Below, in pieces: positions 49,608-59,589 of a DNA stretch of 64,000 bases. The notes below the pieces were generated by a model. The model was not told where the DNA came from and searched no databases. It worked only from the letters and a program-made list of their open reading frames with translations. Position 1 is the first letter of the stretch. Each line of letters starts with the position of its first letter. A program made the translations under genes and the position numbers. Source of the DNA: Vulcanimicrobiota bacterium (GTDB taxonomy: Bacteria > Vulcanimicrobiota > Vulcanimicrobiia > Vulcanimicrobiales > Vulcanimicrobiaceae); the NCBI GenBank assembly GCA_027452165.1, contig DAIDGX010000026.1, positions 13,769 to 77,768 on the forward strand. Direction: 5' to 3'.

Positions 49608-50832
49608 GGAACAGCGCGGCTTCGTCTTTCACGAAGAAAATCTTTTGTCGCCCGCCGACGCGGTTGCGACCTTTCTCGCGCGCGTCACGCTCGCGCCAAG
49701 CGGCGTCGAAGATGTGGCGCTCGACGATGCGTTCGGGCGAACGCTCGCCGTGCGCGTGGATGCCGACGACGACTATCCGAATGCGCCGCGTTCGGCCATG
49801 GACGGTTTTGCCGTGCGCGCCGCATGTATGCCTGGGAGCGCACGGGTCGTGGGCGAGATCTCGATGGGAGGGACGTGGCCGCGGCCGCTGTGCGACGGTG
49901 AAGCCGTTCGCATTCCAACGGGTGGCGTTGTGCCCGCGGGCGCCGATGCGGTGGTGCCGGTCGAGAACCTCCGCCTGGATGGCGATCGGGTGATCGTCGA
50001 GCACGCGATCGCTGCAGGCGAGAACGTGAATCCGCGCGGGTGCGACATGCGGCACGGCGAGCCGATCATGCTCCCGGGAACGCGAGTCGGCGCCTCCGCG
50101 CTTGGGGTCCTGGCCACCCTTGGGCAGGTGCGGGTTCCGGTCTTCCGGCGCCCCCGCATTGCGGTGATCTCATCGGGTGACGAACTGGTCGAGCCTGGCC
50201 GTGTGCCCAGGCCGGGCGAGATCCGCGACTCAAACCGCTACGCGGTGGCTGGGACGTTGCGCGCTGCGGGGGCTCTGCCGGTCCACCGGCCGACCGTTCG
50301 TGACGTTCCGGGAGCGCTCGAATCGGCGCTGCGCGAGGCGCTGGCGGATTGCGACGCCGCCGTCGTCACGGGTGGCTCGTCGGTTGGCGAGCGCGACCTC
50401 ACGCCCGCGGCGATCGACGCGCTCGGCGCGCCGGGCGTCATCGCCCATGGGCTGCGCGTGAAGCCCGGCAAGCCGACGGTGCTGGGCGCCGTTGGCTGCA
50501 AGCCGGTCATCGGTCTGCCCGGCAATCCCACCTCCGCGTTCCTGATCCTGGAAGCGGTGATGTTGCCGATCGTCGCGGGACTCGTGGGCGGACCCGTTAC
50601 GGCACAAACGGCCATGGCCCGCCTGGCAAGCGATGCGCGCAGCCGCCCGGGGTGGACTTGGTTCGTTCCCGTCGCGCTGAGGCATGAGGCCGGGGCCCTG
50701 ACGGCGCATCCCTTACCCCTCCGCTCGTCGGCCGTGAGCTTGACGGCGCGCGCGGACGCATACCTGACGATTCCCGCGGCAACGGAGATGCTGGCGGCGG
50801 GAACGATGGTAGAGGTCCATCGTTTCATCTGA
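49606..50832 (+). CDS. moeA: Molybdopterin molybdenumtransferase
   Basis: Motifs PRSAMDGFAVRA, IPTGGVVPAGADAVV, SSGDELVEPG, IRDSNRY and VTGGSSVGERD. The ATG at 49606 overlaps the divergent serS ATG (CATG). Confidence 0.85.
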   Translation: MEQRGFVFHEENLLSPADAVATFLARVTLAPSGVEDVALDDAFGRTLAVRVDADDDYPNAPRSAMDGFAVRAACMPGSARVVGEISMGGTWPRPLCDGEAVRIPTGGVVPAGADAVVPVENLRLDGDRVIVEHAIAAGENVNPRGCDMRHGEPIMLPGTRVGASALGVLATLGQVRVPVFRRPRIAVISSGDELVEPGRVPRPGEIRDSNRYAVAGTLRAAGALPVHRPTVRDVPGALESALREALADCDAAVVTGGSSVGERDLTPAAIDALGAPGVIAHGLRVKPGKPTVLGAVGCKPVIGLPGNPTSAFLILEAVMLPIVAGLVGGPVTAQTAMARLASDARSRPGWTWFVPVALRHEAGALTAHPLPLRSSAVSLTARADAYLTIPAATEMLAAGTMVEVHRFI

Positions 50833-50855
50833 TCTATGGAGAGCTGGAAACCTTC

Positions 50856-51953
50856 GTGATTCGACCCGCCCCCGCGATTGCGGCGATCCCGCCGACGACA
50901 CCGTTCATCGGCCCCGAAGAGCTGATGCGCGAACGCGGCCTCAGCTCGCTCGTCCGGCTGGGTGCGAACGAGAGCGCCTTCGGCCCGTCGCCGCGCGCGA
51001 TGGAAGCGATGCGCGCGGAACTCGAGCGGCTCTCGTGGTATGGCGATCCCGAGTCGTACGAATTGCGCGCGGCGCTCGCCCGCAAACATGCCTGCCGGAT
51101 CGACGAGCTCGTGGTGGGATCGGGAATCGACGAACTGATGGGGCTCGTGGTGCGCGCGTTCGTTGCTCCTGGTGGCACCGCGCTCACGACGCGAGGCTCG
51201 TATCCGACACTCAACTATCACGTGATCGGATACGGTGGGCGGTTGCTCTTCGTGGCATACCGGCCCGATGGGAGGCTCGATCTCGACGCACTGCTGGCAA
51301 TCGCGCACGCCGAGCGCCCGTCGCTCGTCTATCTTGCCAATCCGGACAATCCGAGCGGCACCTTCGTTGCGCGCGACGAGTTGCAGCGATTCATCGACGC
51401 ACTGCCCGGCGAAACGCTCGTGTTGCTGGATGAAGCCTATGCCGACTTCGTGGATGAAGCCGAACTGATTGCGCCCCCGATCGACGACCGGATCATTCGC
51501 ACGCGGACCTTCTCGAAAGCCTACGGCCTGGCTGGCGCTCGTATCGGGTATGCCATCACGAGCGAAACGAACGTTCAGACGCTGCAAAAGATCCGTCTGC
51601 ACTATGGGGTGAACCGCAACGCACAGGTCGGCGCGCTCGCCTCGTTGCAAGACGACGCGTTTTGCGCCTACGTCGTGCGCGAAGTGGAGGCTGCTCGCCG
51701 CGACTACTATGCGCTTGCGAACGAGCTTGGGCTCGGAACGATCGCGTCGCGTACGAACTTTGTCTGTATCGACCTGGGCACTGCCGAACGCGCCACGCGC
51801 GCGATGCACGAGTTGCTCGGCCGCGGCGTATGGATTCGAAAACCCGGTGCAGCGCCGCTGGACCGCTACGTGCGCGTGAGTGCCGGTACGGTATCGATGC
51901 GGGCAGCGTTCGCCGCGGCGTTTCATGCCGTGCTCGCGGAGGTGCCGGCGTGA
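50856..51953 (+). CDS. hisC: Histidinol-phosphate aminotransferase
   Basis: Motifs LGANESAFGPSP, YGDPESYELRAALA and FSKAYGLAGARIGYA. Confidence 0.85.
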   Translation: MIRPAPAIAAIPPTTPFIGPEELMRERGLSSLVRLGANESAFGPSPRAMEAMRAELERLSWYGDPESYELRAALARKHACRIDELVVGSGIDELMGLVVRAFVAPGGTALTTRGSYPTLNYHVIGYGGRLLFVAYRPDGRLDLDALLAIAHAERPSLVYLANPDNPSGTFVARDELQRFIDALPGETLVLLDEAYADFVDEAELIAPPIDDRIIRTRTFSKAYGLAGARIGYAITSETNVQTLQKIRLHYGVNRNAQVGALASLQDDAFCAYVVREVEAARRDYYALANELGLGTIASRTNFVCIDLGTAERATRAMHELLGRGVWIRKPGAAPLDRYVRVSAGTVSMRAAFAAAFHAVLAEVPA

Positions 51954-52675
51954 GGTACGCGATCGTCTCCGATATTCACGGCAACATCGAGTCGCTCGAA
52001 CGTGCTTTCGCGCGCATCGGACCCGAAGATCATCTGCTCTGTCTGGGCGACATCGTCGGCTATGGCCCCAACCCGAACGAGTGCGTCGAAATGATTCGCG
52101 CGCGCGCGAAGGGAGCGGTGCTCGGTAACCACGATCTCGCCGCGCTCGAGAATTTCGGCGTCGAGTATTTCAACGATGCGGCGAGAGCTGCGATTGCATG
52201 GACGCAGGGCGTGCTCTCCGACGAGAACCGGGCGTGGCTCAATGGCCTCGCCTACGAATTGCGGTTCCCGGATTTCTTGATGGTTCACGGCGCACCGGTC
52301 GAATACTTCGAATACATCCTCGACAAGCGCACCGCGGCGAACGCGTTTGCCCGCACCGACGCGCCGGTCGTCTTCATCGGACACACGCACATCGCCGAAT
52401 ATTGGGTGCAAGAGCCCGACGGAACGGTCGGCCACAAGCACATGCAGCACGGCGGAGAACTGATTTTCGAGGAAGGGAAGCGTTACATCGTCGATGTCGG
52501 CAGCATCGGACAGCCGCGCGACCTCAATCCGGAAGCATCGTTTGCGTTCTACGAACCGCACGAGCGGCGCGTGGAGTGGGTGCGTTACGAATACCCGATC
52601 GACGAGGTTCAGCACAAGATTCACGAGGCGCATCTGCCCGAGTATCTCGCGCTTCGCTTGGAGATGGGACGTTGA
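51950..52675 (+). CDS. Metallophosphoesterase (YfcE/MJ0936-like)
   Basis: The GTG overlaps the hisC stop (GTGA). Motifs VSDIHGN, LGDIVGYGP, GNHD and GHTH. Confidence 0.8.
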   Translation: MRYAIVSDIHGNIESLERAFARIGPEDHLLCLGDIVGYGPNPNECVEMIRARAKGAVLGNHDLAALENFGVEYFNDAARAAIAWTQGVLSDENRAWLNGLAYELRFPDFLMVHGAPVEYFEYILDKRTAANAFARTDAPVVFIGHTHIAEYWVQEPDGTVGHKHMQHGGELIFEEGKRYIVDVGSIGQPRDLNPEASFAFYEPHERRVEWVRYEYPIDEVQHKIHEAHLPEYLALRLEMGR

Positions 52676-53100
52676 GCGTGCCCATCGACGACGGCAATTG
52701 TTTTGCCTGCGGTCCGGAGAACCCGATTGGGCTGCGCCTGCGCTTTGAACCCGCGGACACGGGCGTGCGCGCGCGGGTGACGCTTGCACCCGAATTTCAA
52801 GGGTGGAAGAACATCGCGCACGGAGGCATCGCGATGTCCCTGCTCGACGAGGCGATGGCGCATGCAGCCGGTCACGCCGGTCACCGCGGCGTCACCGCAA
52901 AAATGAACGTGCGCTTTCGTAAGCCGGTTCCGCTCGGCGAGCCGCTCGAACTCGAAGGCAAGGTTGCGTGGCAGCGCCGCAACGTCCTCGGCCTCGAGGC
53001 CGTCTTGCGCAACGCCGGCGGCGTCACCCTCGCGCAAGCCGAGGGGCAATTCGTATCGATGGGCGCGATCGACGCCGCGAATGACCGTAGAAATCCATGA
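52672..53100 (+). CDS. PaaI-family hotdog-fold thioesterase
   Basis: CFACGPENPIGLRLRF...HGGIAMSLLDEAMAHA. The start is either the TTG at 52672 (TTGA overlap) or the GTG at 52678. Confidence 0.75.
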   Translation: MSVPIDDGNCFACGPENPIGLRLRFEPADTGVRARVTLAPEFQGWKNIAHGGIAMSLLDEAMAHAAGHAGHRGVTAKMNVRFRKPVPLGEPLELEGKVAWQRRNVLGLEAVLRNAGGVTLAQAEGQFVSMGAIDAANDRRNP

Positions 53101-53594
53101 AATCCAAACAGCAACGTAAGGCCGCGCATCCCGACGAGGCCAAAAAGGCGGCGAACGCCCCAGCTATCGACAATCGCCGGGCCCGTCACGAGTTTCACAT
53201 TCTGGACTCGCTCGAAGCCGGCATCGCGCTCACCGGAACCGAGGTCAAATCGATTCGGCAGGGCGGCGTGAGCCTGAGCGAGGCGTATGCGCGTTTTCGC
53301 GACGGCGAAGCGTGGCTGCTCGGCATGCATGTGCCGCCTTACAAACAAGGCAGTTTCTCGAACGTCGATCCGAATCGGCCGCGCAAGCTCTTGCTCCACA
53401 AGGAACAGATCGTCGATCTCCAATCGCGCATGAAGGAGAAGGGGTTGACCATCGTGCCGCTGCGCATGTACTTCACACGTGGGAAGGTGAAGCTGCAACT
53501 CGGCGTCGCGCGCGGTAAGAAACTCTGGGACAAACGCGAGGATATCGCCAAACGCGACGTGGAGCGGGAGATCGCGCGTCATGCGCGGCGCTAA
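53097..53594 (+). CDS. smpB: SsrA-binding protein
   Basis: NRRARHEFHILDSLEAGIALTGTEVKSIRQG...LLLHKEQI...GKKLWDKRE. Confidence 0.95.
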   Translation: MKSKQQRKAAHPDEAKKAANAPAIDNRRARHEFHILDSLEAGIALTGTEVKSIRQGGVSLSEAYARFRDGEAWLLGMHVPPYKQGSFSNVDPNRPRKLLLHKEQIVDLQSRMKEKGLTIVPLRMYFTRGKVKLQLGVARGKKLWDKREDIAKRDVEREIARHARR

Positions 53595-54468
53595 GCCACA
53601 CGCTGATCTGGAAGGGGCGATCGAACGCGACGGCATCGTGCGCCGGGGCGAGCGCGTGCTCGTCGCGTGCAGCGGCGGCGCTGATTCGGTTGCGCTCGCC
53701 GCGTTGCTCGCATCGCTGCGCGGCACCCTCGATCTCGACCTCACGCTCGCCTACGTGCATCACGGCACGCGTGACTCCGCCTGGCAGGACGAGTGCGTGG
53801 TGCTGCGGGTTGCCGCGACGTATGGCTGCCGCGTCCGTATCGCCGCGCTCGAGCCCGGCGCGCGTGACGAAGCGACGCTGCGTGAAGCTCGGTACGCGGC
53901 GCTCGCCACGCTTGCGCTCGAGGCCGGCGCCGGCGCGATCGCGACGGCGCATCACCGCGAGGACCAATGCGAGACGGTGCTGCTCGCGTTGTTTCGCGGA
54001 GCGGGCCCCGATGGGCTCGCGGGCATGCCCGCGCGCCGCGCATTCGCCGACGGGATCGACCTCGTGCGTCCGCTCCTCATGCGCTCGGCGATCGAGTTGC
54101 GCGACTATTGTCACACCCACGCGCTGCCCTACGCCGTCGATCCGACAAACGCCGACCTTGGCGTACGGCGCAACGCCGTGCGCGTCGCGCTCGAGGCACT
54201 GCGCCCGCTCTTCCCCGGGCTCGACGCCGCGGTGGCCCGCAGCGCCGAGATCGTGGGGGCGGAGCTCGTTTCGAGCGACCGGGCGATGCTGCGGCGGCAG
54301 GTGCGGGCGGCGCTCGATGGTCAAGAGGGGTTGCGCGATATCGATTTCGCCCACGTCGAGGCGGTCGTACGGGCGCTCGAGCGCGGCTCGTCGGGGCGTT
54401 TCCACGTACGTTCGGGGCTGGATGTCGTTGTGGAACGTGGCGAAATCGCCCGAATCGTAAGGGAGTAA
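53581..54468 (+). CDS. tilS: tRNA(Ile)-lysidine synthetase
   Basis: PP-loop VLVACSGGADSVAL. ...TAHHREDQCETVLL.... Short form (295 aa). Followed by hpt and ftsH, as in many genomes. Confidence 0.85.
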   Translation: MRGAKPHADLEGAIERDGIVRRGERVLVACSGGADSVALAALLASLRGTLDLDLTLAYVHHGTRDSAWQDECVVLRVAATYGCRVRIAALEPGARDEATLREARYAALATLALEAGAGAIATAHHREDQCETVLLALFRGAGPDGLAGMPARRAFADGIDLVRPLLMRSAIELRDYCHTHALPYAVDPTNADLGVRRNAVRVALEALRPLFPGLDAAVARSAEIVGAELVSSDRAMLRRQVRAALDGQEGLRDIDFAHVEAVVRALERGSSGRFHVRSGLDVVVERGEIARIVRE

Positions 54469-55080
54469 ATGAACGTAACCCAGAGCTACGAAGGGACCAT
54501 CGAGCGCACGCTCTATTCGCAGGAGGAGATCGCGAAAGCAATCGAGCGTATCGCCCGCCGGATCGCCGCCGACCACACCGGGCAACCGTTGATGCTGCTC
54601 GGCGTGTTGAAGGGTGCGCTCTTCGTCGTTACCGACCTCGCACGCGCGCTTGCGGCGCTGCCGGACGGCCCGAGCGAGATCATCGTGGATTTCATGTGTG
54701 TGAGCAGCTATGGCAACGCGACCCGATCCTCGGGCGAGGTGCGCCTGCTCAAAGATGCAAGCGAGCCCGTCACCGGCCGCAACGTCGTGATCGTCGAGGA
54801 TATCGTCGATAACGGGCTCACGCTGCAGTACCTTCAGGCGTTGCTCGGGGAGCGGCATCCCTCGCGGTTGCGCTCCTGCGTGCTCTTCGATAAACCCTAC
54901 CATCGCCGGGTGGACGTACCCGTCGAATATGTGGGCTTACAGTCTCCGGACGAATTCGTCGTAGGTTACGGTTTGGACTACCAGGAATTATTCCGGAATC
55001 TCCCCTATCTGGCGCAACTCAAAGACGCCGTCTTCAGCGAGTCCGAACCCCGCGAAGCGGCACAGAAAGTCAATTCGTGA
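54469..55080 (+). CDS. hpt: Hypoxanthine phosphoribosyltransferase
   Basis: PRPP motif VVIVEDIVDNGLTL. LKGALFVVTDL. VGYGLDY. Confidence 0.9.
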   Translation: MNVTQSYEGTIERTLYSQEEIAKAIERIARRIAADHTGQPLMLLGVLKGALFVVTDLARALAALPDGPSEIIVDFMCVSSYGNATRSSGEVRLLKDASEPVTGRNVVIVEDIVDNGLTLQYLQALLGERHPSRLRSCVLFDKPYHRRVDVPVEYVGLQSPDEFVVGYGLDYQELFRNLPYLAQLKDAVFSESEPREAAQKVNS

Positions 55081-56996
55081 GCAAACATCTCCGTTCGATC
55101 TTCCTGATCGTCATCGTCATCCTCGGCGTCGTTTTCATTCTCGAACAGCTCTCGCGGCCGGCCGACGCGGTGACGCACCTGGAATACGGTGCGTTCTACC
55201 AGAAACTCGAAGCGGGTCAAGTGACCGCGTTCCACGCGGTCGGCACGCAGGCGACCGGCACGCTGCGCGACGGCACGAAATTCAGCGTCTCGCTACCGAA
55301 CACCGATCAGCGGTTCGTGACCGACGTGCAAGCGCACGTCAAGAGCGGCGCGATCAGCTACGAGCAGCCGACCAACAGCGGATTGCTACAGGGCCTATGG
55401 TCGATCGCGCCGCTTGCGATCACGGCATTGTTCCTGTTCTTGATCTTGCGCCAAGCGCAGAGCGGCGGCAGCCAGGCGCTCTCGTTCGGACGTTCGCGCG
55501 CGAAGATGCTCTCGGAGAACCGTCCGAAGGTGACCTTTGCCGACGTCGCGGGCGTGGACGAGGCGAAAGAAGAGCTCGGCGAGATCGTCGATTTTCTGAA
55601 GTACCCCAAGAAGTATCAAGCGCTCGGCGCGCGTATCCCCAAGGGCGTGCTCTTGCTCGGTCCGCCGGGATCGGGTAAAACGTTGCTCGCGCGCGCGATT
55701 GCGGGCGAGGCGGGCGTGCCGTTCTTCTCGATCTCCGGTTCGGATTTCGTCGAGATGTTTGTCGGCGTCGGTGCGTCGCGCGTGCGCGATCTGTTCGATC
55801 AGGCGAAGAAGTCGGCGCCATGCATCATCTTTATCGATGAGATCGACGCGGTCGGGCGTCAGCGCGGTGCCGGGCTTGGCGGCGGTCACGACGAGCGCGA
55901 GCAGACGCTCAACCAACTGCTCGTCGAGATGGACGGCTTCGATCAAAACACCGGCGTCATCTTGATTGCGGCGACCAATCGCCCGGACGTGCTCGATCCG
56001 GCGCTGTTGCGTCCGGGCCGTTTCGACCGGCAGATCGTCGTCGATCGTTCGGATTTTCGTGGCCGGGAAAAGATCCTCGAAGTGCACGCGCGCAACAAGC
56101 CGCTTTCGAAGGAAGTCTCCCTCGAAACGCTCGCCAAACGCACGCCCGGATTCTCGGGCGCAGACCTGGAGAATCTCTTAAACGAGGCCGCGCTGCTCGC
56201 GGCGCGCAAGAACAAAAACATCATCGAGATGGCGGATTGCGACGAGGCGATCGATCGCGTGATGGTCGGGCCGGAGCGTAAATCGACGGTGATGTCGGCC
56301 AAAGAGAAAGAGAACACGGCATACCACGAGTCGGGTCATGCGATTATTGGTGGTCTGCTCGACAAGGCCGACCCGGTGCACAAGGTGACGATCATTCCGC
56401 GCGGCATGGCGCTCGGTCTCACGTGGTCGCTTCCGGAAGACGACCGCCATCAAATGACCAAAGAAGAACTCCTGGCGCAGATCACGATGTCGCTTGGTGG
56501 ACGCCTTGCCGAAGAGATCAAGTTTGGCGATGTGACGACCGGTGCGAGCAACGATTTCCAGAAAGCGACCGAACTCGCGCGCCGCATGGTCACCCAATAC
56601 GGGATGAGCGAACTCGGCCCGATTCAGTTCGGACGCGGAAATCATCAAGTGTTTCTCGGCCGCGACTTCGGCGAGGAGCGCAACTACTCGGAGGAAGTCG
56701 CCTCGAAGATCGACGGCGAGGTGCGCCGCATCATCGAGTCGTGCTACGAACGCGGCCGCACGCTTCTCAACAACAATTGGGACAAGGTCGAACGCATGGT
56801 CAAATCGCTGCTCGAGTACGAGACGGTCGATGCCGAGGAAGTGCGCGCGATCCTGAGCGATCAGCCCTTCGATCGCCCTTCGGGCGGTGCCGCGCAGCCG
56901 ATCGCGCAGGCGGACGTGCCCGGCGCGCCGGCCGAGGAGCCACAGCGCGAGAAACCTACGCGGATCCCGCCGGCCATTCGTCCGGAACCGGCGTGA
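55077..56996 (+). CDS. ftsH: ATP-dependent zinc metalloprotease FtsH
   Basis: Walker A GPPGSGKT. Walker [32 protein letters not shown]. Zn site HESGHA. The GTG start overlaps the hpt stop. Confidence 0.95.
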   Translation: MSKHLRSIFLIVIVILGVVFILEQLSRPADAVTHLEYGAFYQKLEAGQVTAFHAVGTQATGTLRDGTKFSVSLPNTDQRFVTDVQAHVKSGAISYEQPTNSGLLQGLWSIAPLAITALFLFLILRQAQSGGSQALSFGRSRAKMLSENRPKVTFADVAGVDEAKEELGEIVDFLKYPKKYQALGARIPKGVLLLGPPGSGKTLLARAIAGEAGVPFFSISGSDFVEMFVGVGASRVRDLFDQAKKSAPCIIFIDEIDAVGRQRGAGLGGGHDEREQTLNQLLVEMDGFDQNTGVILIAATNRPDVLDPALLRPGRFDRQIVVDRSDFRGREKILEVHARNKPLSKEVSLETLAKRTPGFSGADLENLLNEAALLAARKNKNIIEMADCDEAIDRVMVGPERKSTVMSAKEKENTAYHESGHAIIGGLLDKADPVHKVTIIPRGMALGLTWSLPEDDRHQMTKEELLAQITMSLGGRLAEEIKFGDVTTGASNDFQKATELARRMVTQYGMSELGPIQFGRGNHQVFLGRDFGEERNYSEEVASKIDGEVRRIIESCYERGRTLLNNNWDKVERMVKSLLEYETVDAEEVRAILSDQPFDRPSGGAAQPIAQADVPGAPAEEPQREKPTRIPPAIRPEPA

Positions 56997-58297
56997 TGCG
57001 GCGAGCCTCGCTCGGCGCCTTCGCGCTCGCCTGCGCGTTGCTGACGCCGGCAATCGCGCCGGCCGCGGTCGATCTGCCGGTCACGGGAGCGTTGCCGCAT
57101 GGCGGCACGTACATGATCTATCGCGACGCTACGCTCGCGTCGGCTGCGGTGGACCTGTGGTTTCGCGCACCCGGCGCCGGCTATGACAGCGCAACGCCGG
57201 GGCTTGGACGCTTCGCCGCAACGGCGGCAGCGGCGGCTCCGCTTGCAAGCGGCATGTCGCTTGCGGGACTCGTGCGCTCGCTTGGCGGTCGCATCTCGGT
57301 TGAGGCCTACCCCGACATCATCGGCGTGAGCGTCGTTGCCCCCGCGAGCGCTGCACGGCGTATCGTCGCGGCGATGAGCGCGGCGTATTTTGCGCCGGCG
57401 CTCGACCAGAGCGCGCTTACCATCGCGCGCAGCGATATGACGGTGCTCGCAGCGCAGCGACGTTACTTTGCGGACACCCTCGTGCACGACGCGCTCTTCG
57501 CGCAGCTCTTTTCCGGCGGACCTGCTCACGAGCCGCCGCTGCCGGATACGACGAGCAACCTCGCCGCGCTCTCGCTTGCCGACGTCACCGCCTACGCCGA
57601 GCGCGCATTCCGGTCGGCGAACGCGACGCTGACGCTCTCGGGCGACGTCGATACAACGGTAATCGACGCGGTCACCGACGGTACGCCGGGCTCGCCCGAT
57701 GCGCCGATCGATTCACCGCTCGCCCGCGACCCGGCGCCGACCACGCTGCTTCCCGCGGACGTCGGTGGCATAGGCCTTGCGTGGGTCGGCCCGCCGATTC
57801 GCGACGAGCGTACGGCGACTGCGATGGATTTCATCGCCGACTATCTGTTCCGAGATGGCAGCGGCGTCGTGAGCAAGGCGCTCGACGCAGCGCACGATTC
57901 GTCGTACGTGAATGGGCAGTTCATCACGCTGCACGACCCGGGCGTATTTCTCGTCACGATCTCCGGTGATACGCCGGGGGCCGCGCGGACGCAGGTGCTC
58001 GACGCGTTGCACAAGCTGGAGAAGCCGCTCGATGCCACGACCTTCGCACGAGCGCGCGAAGCATTTCTCTTCCACCTTGCCTCCGATACGCAATACCCGA
58101 CCGAACAAGCCGATAATCTGGGTTGGTACGCGGTCGAGGGCAATGCGTCGTACGCACCGAGCGCACCGGGCGGCGCGTATTGGCAGAGCGCGCGGGCGCT
58201 CGATCCGGCATTCGTTGCCTCGGTCGTGCAACGGTACCTCGTTCACCCCATCGTTGTGCAACTGAGCACGACCGCTCGTAAGGAGTCAACCACGTGA
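56996..58297 (+). CDS. Secreted M16 (pitrilysin)-fold protein lacking the HxxEH zinc motif
   Basis: The ATG at 56996 overlaps the ftsH stop. A signal peptide is present. The M16 topology is recognisable, but the motif position reads GLGRFAATAAA. Confidence 0.65.
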   Translation: MRRASLGAFALACALLTPAIAPAAVDLPVTGALPHGGTYMIYRDATLASAAVDLWFRAPGAGYDSATPGLGRFAATAAAAAPLASGMSLAGLVRSLGGRISVEAYPDIIGVSVVAPASAARRIVAAMSAAYFAPALDQSALTIARSDMTVLAAQRRYFADTLVHDALFAQLFSGGPAHEPPLPDTTSNLAALSLADVTAYAERAFRSANATLTLSGDVDTTVIDAVTDGTPGSPDAPIDSPLARDPAPTTLLPADVGGIGLAWVGPPIRDERTATAMDFIADYLFRDGSGVVSKALDAAHDSSYVNGQFITLHDPGVFLVTISGDTPGAARTQVLDALHKLEKPLDATTFARAREAFLFHLASDTQYPTEQADNLGWYAVEGNASYAPSAPGGAYWQSARALDPAFVASVVQRYLVHPIVVQLSTTARKESTT

Positions 58298-59589
58298 GGT
58301 TGCGTCTGGCCGCCATCCTGCTTCCCGCCCTCTGCGTTGCGGCTCCGCTCGCAGCATCGGCCGCCGCCGCACCCGCGGTGACCTTCGTGGACGGCGTGCA
58401 GATCATCACGCAGCAAGACGCCGCCGCACCGCTCGTCGATGTAACCTTCGTGCTGCGCGCCGGGCTCGACCGGCAGTCGATGAAGCAGAGCGGTCTCGCC
58501 GCGCTCGCCGCAGCGGTGATTTTGAAGACCCCGGTGGACGGCGCTCCGGCGGACGCGGCGATCGCAGGTGACGGCGGATCCTTCCGTTTTACGGTTGATC
58601 CGAGCGACGTGCGTTTTTCCGTCGAGGCTCTGCCGAGCGATGCGGCGACGGTTCTCGGGATCGCGCGCCGCGCGATCGCCCATCCCACCTTCGATACGGG
58701 CACGCTCGAACGCGCGCGTGCGATGCTGCTCGCGCGCATCGCGAACGATCAGCAACTTGCGCTGCACGTCGGACTCGATATGCTCAGCGGCACGCGCGCC
58801 GCAACCGCAAACGAGGGGCTGCCGGCCAATGGAATTCCTGGATCGGTGGCACAGTTCGATGCCGCGACGGTCGCGCGTTTCTACCATGCGTACTATCGCC
58901 GCGGCGGCGCCATCGTGAGCGCGGTCGGTCCGCTCGATACGCTCGGTGCGGATGCGCTCGGCACGTTCGCGACGAGCCTGCCGGCAGGTAGCACGCGCGC
59001 GGTCGCCGTCACGGTGCCGAAGCTCGATGGAACCTCGCGCCAATTGGTCGCCCATCGCGACGTTGCCGCGCCGTGGCTAATCGCCCAATATGGTGCGCCC
59101 ACGATCGGCAGTAAGGACTTCGGGGCGATGCTCGTGCTCTCGGCGTTTATGCAGCGCACGCTCGCCGATATCGCGCAGGTTCCTGGCGTCATCAATCAAA
59201 CGCTCGCGTCCGGCGCCGTCGGTGCGATCTATCAGTACGATCGACCGCAGCCAAGCCTCACGCTCTATGTCAACGGCGGGATCGGCGATCCCAATCGCGC
59301 CTTCACCACGGCGCTATCGGTTGCAAGCATCCTCGCGCAGACGAAACTGCACGGATCGATCGATCAGTTCAAAGCCGCGGCCGAGGCGGATTTCGTCGAT
59401 GCGGCGAGTTCGGTAAGCACTCGCGCGTGGCTCGCGGCCGTCTTTGCGCAACGCGGTGGATCGCCCGACTACGTGAGCCGGACGCTCGATGCGATCCAAG
59501 CGACGAGCGCAGCCGACCTCCAGCGCGTCGCGAAGACCTATCTCGGCGAACCTACGATCGCGCTCGTATTGCCGCGCGCGAAGGGGTAA
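58294..59589 (+). CDS. Secreted M16 (pitrilysin)-fold protein lacking the HxxEH zinc motif
   Basis: The GTG overlaps the upstream stop. A signal peptide is present. The motif position reads GLAALAAAVIL. Confidence 0.65.
   Translation: MRLRLAAILLPALCVAAPLAASAAAAPAVTFVDGVQIITQQDAAAPLVDVTFVLRAGLDRQSMKQSGLAALAAAVILKTPVDGAPADAAIAGDGGSFRFTVDPSDVRFSVEALPSDAATVLGIARRAIAHPTFDTGTLERARAMLLARIANDQQLALHVGLDMLSGTRAATANEGLPANGIPGSVAQFDAATVARFYHAYYRRGGAIVSAVGPLDTLGADALGTFATSLPAGSTRAVAVTVPKLDGTSRQLVAHRDVAAPWLIAQYGAPTIGSKDFGAMLVLSAFMQRTLADIAQVPGVINQTLASGAVGAIYQYDRPQPSLTLYVNGGIGDPNRAFTTALSVASILAQTKLHGSIDQFKAAAEADFVDAASSVSTRAWLAAVFAQRGGSPDYVSRTLDAIQATSAADLQRVAKTYLGEPTIALVLPRAKG

Noticed and set aside
49608-49700. 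A search for a T-box leader upstream of serS.
   Set aside because: The serS start codon overlaps the divergent moeA start, so there is no leader region. No specifier or T-box sequence is present.
50238-51926. 562-aa minus-strand ORF and similar long antisense ORFs (53473-54903, 55395-56087, 56178-57053, 30178-31221, 35838-36872, 42318-43388, 43846-44736, 45589-46464, 21535-22503, 23117-24504, 11280-12098, 36770-37703).
   Set aside because: Each lies opposite a gene with strong family motifs (moeA/hisC, tilS/hpt, ftsH, SDR, aminotransferase and others). Each has an Arg-rich, motif-free translation. They were rejected as shadow ORFs.
53097-53700. A search for a tmRNA (ssrA) gene next to smpB.
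   Set aside because: smpB is start/stop-coupled on both sides (the thioesterase gene upstream, tilS overlapping downstream). No non-coding space is available and no tRNA-Ala-like acceptor/T-arm is visible.
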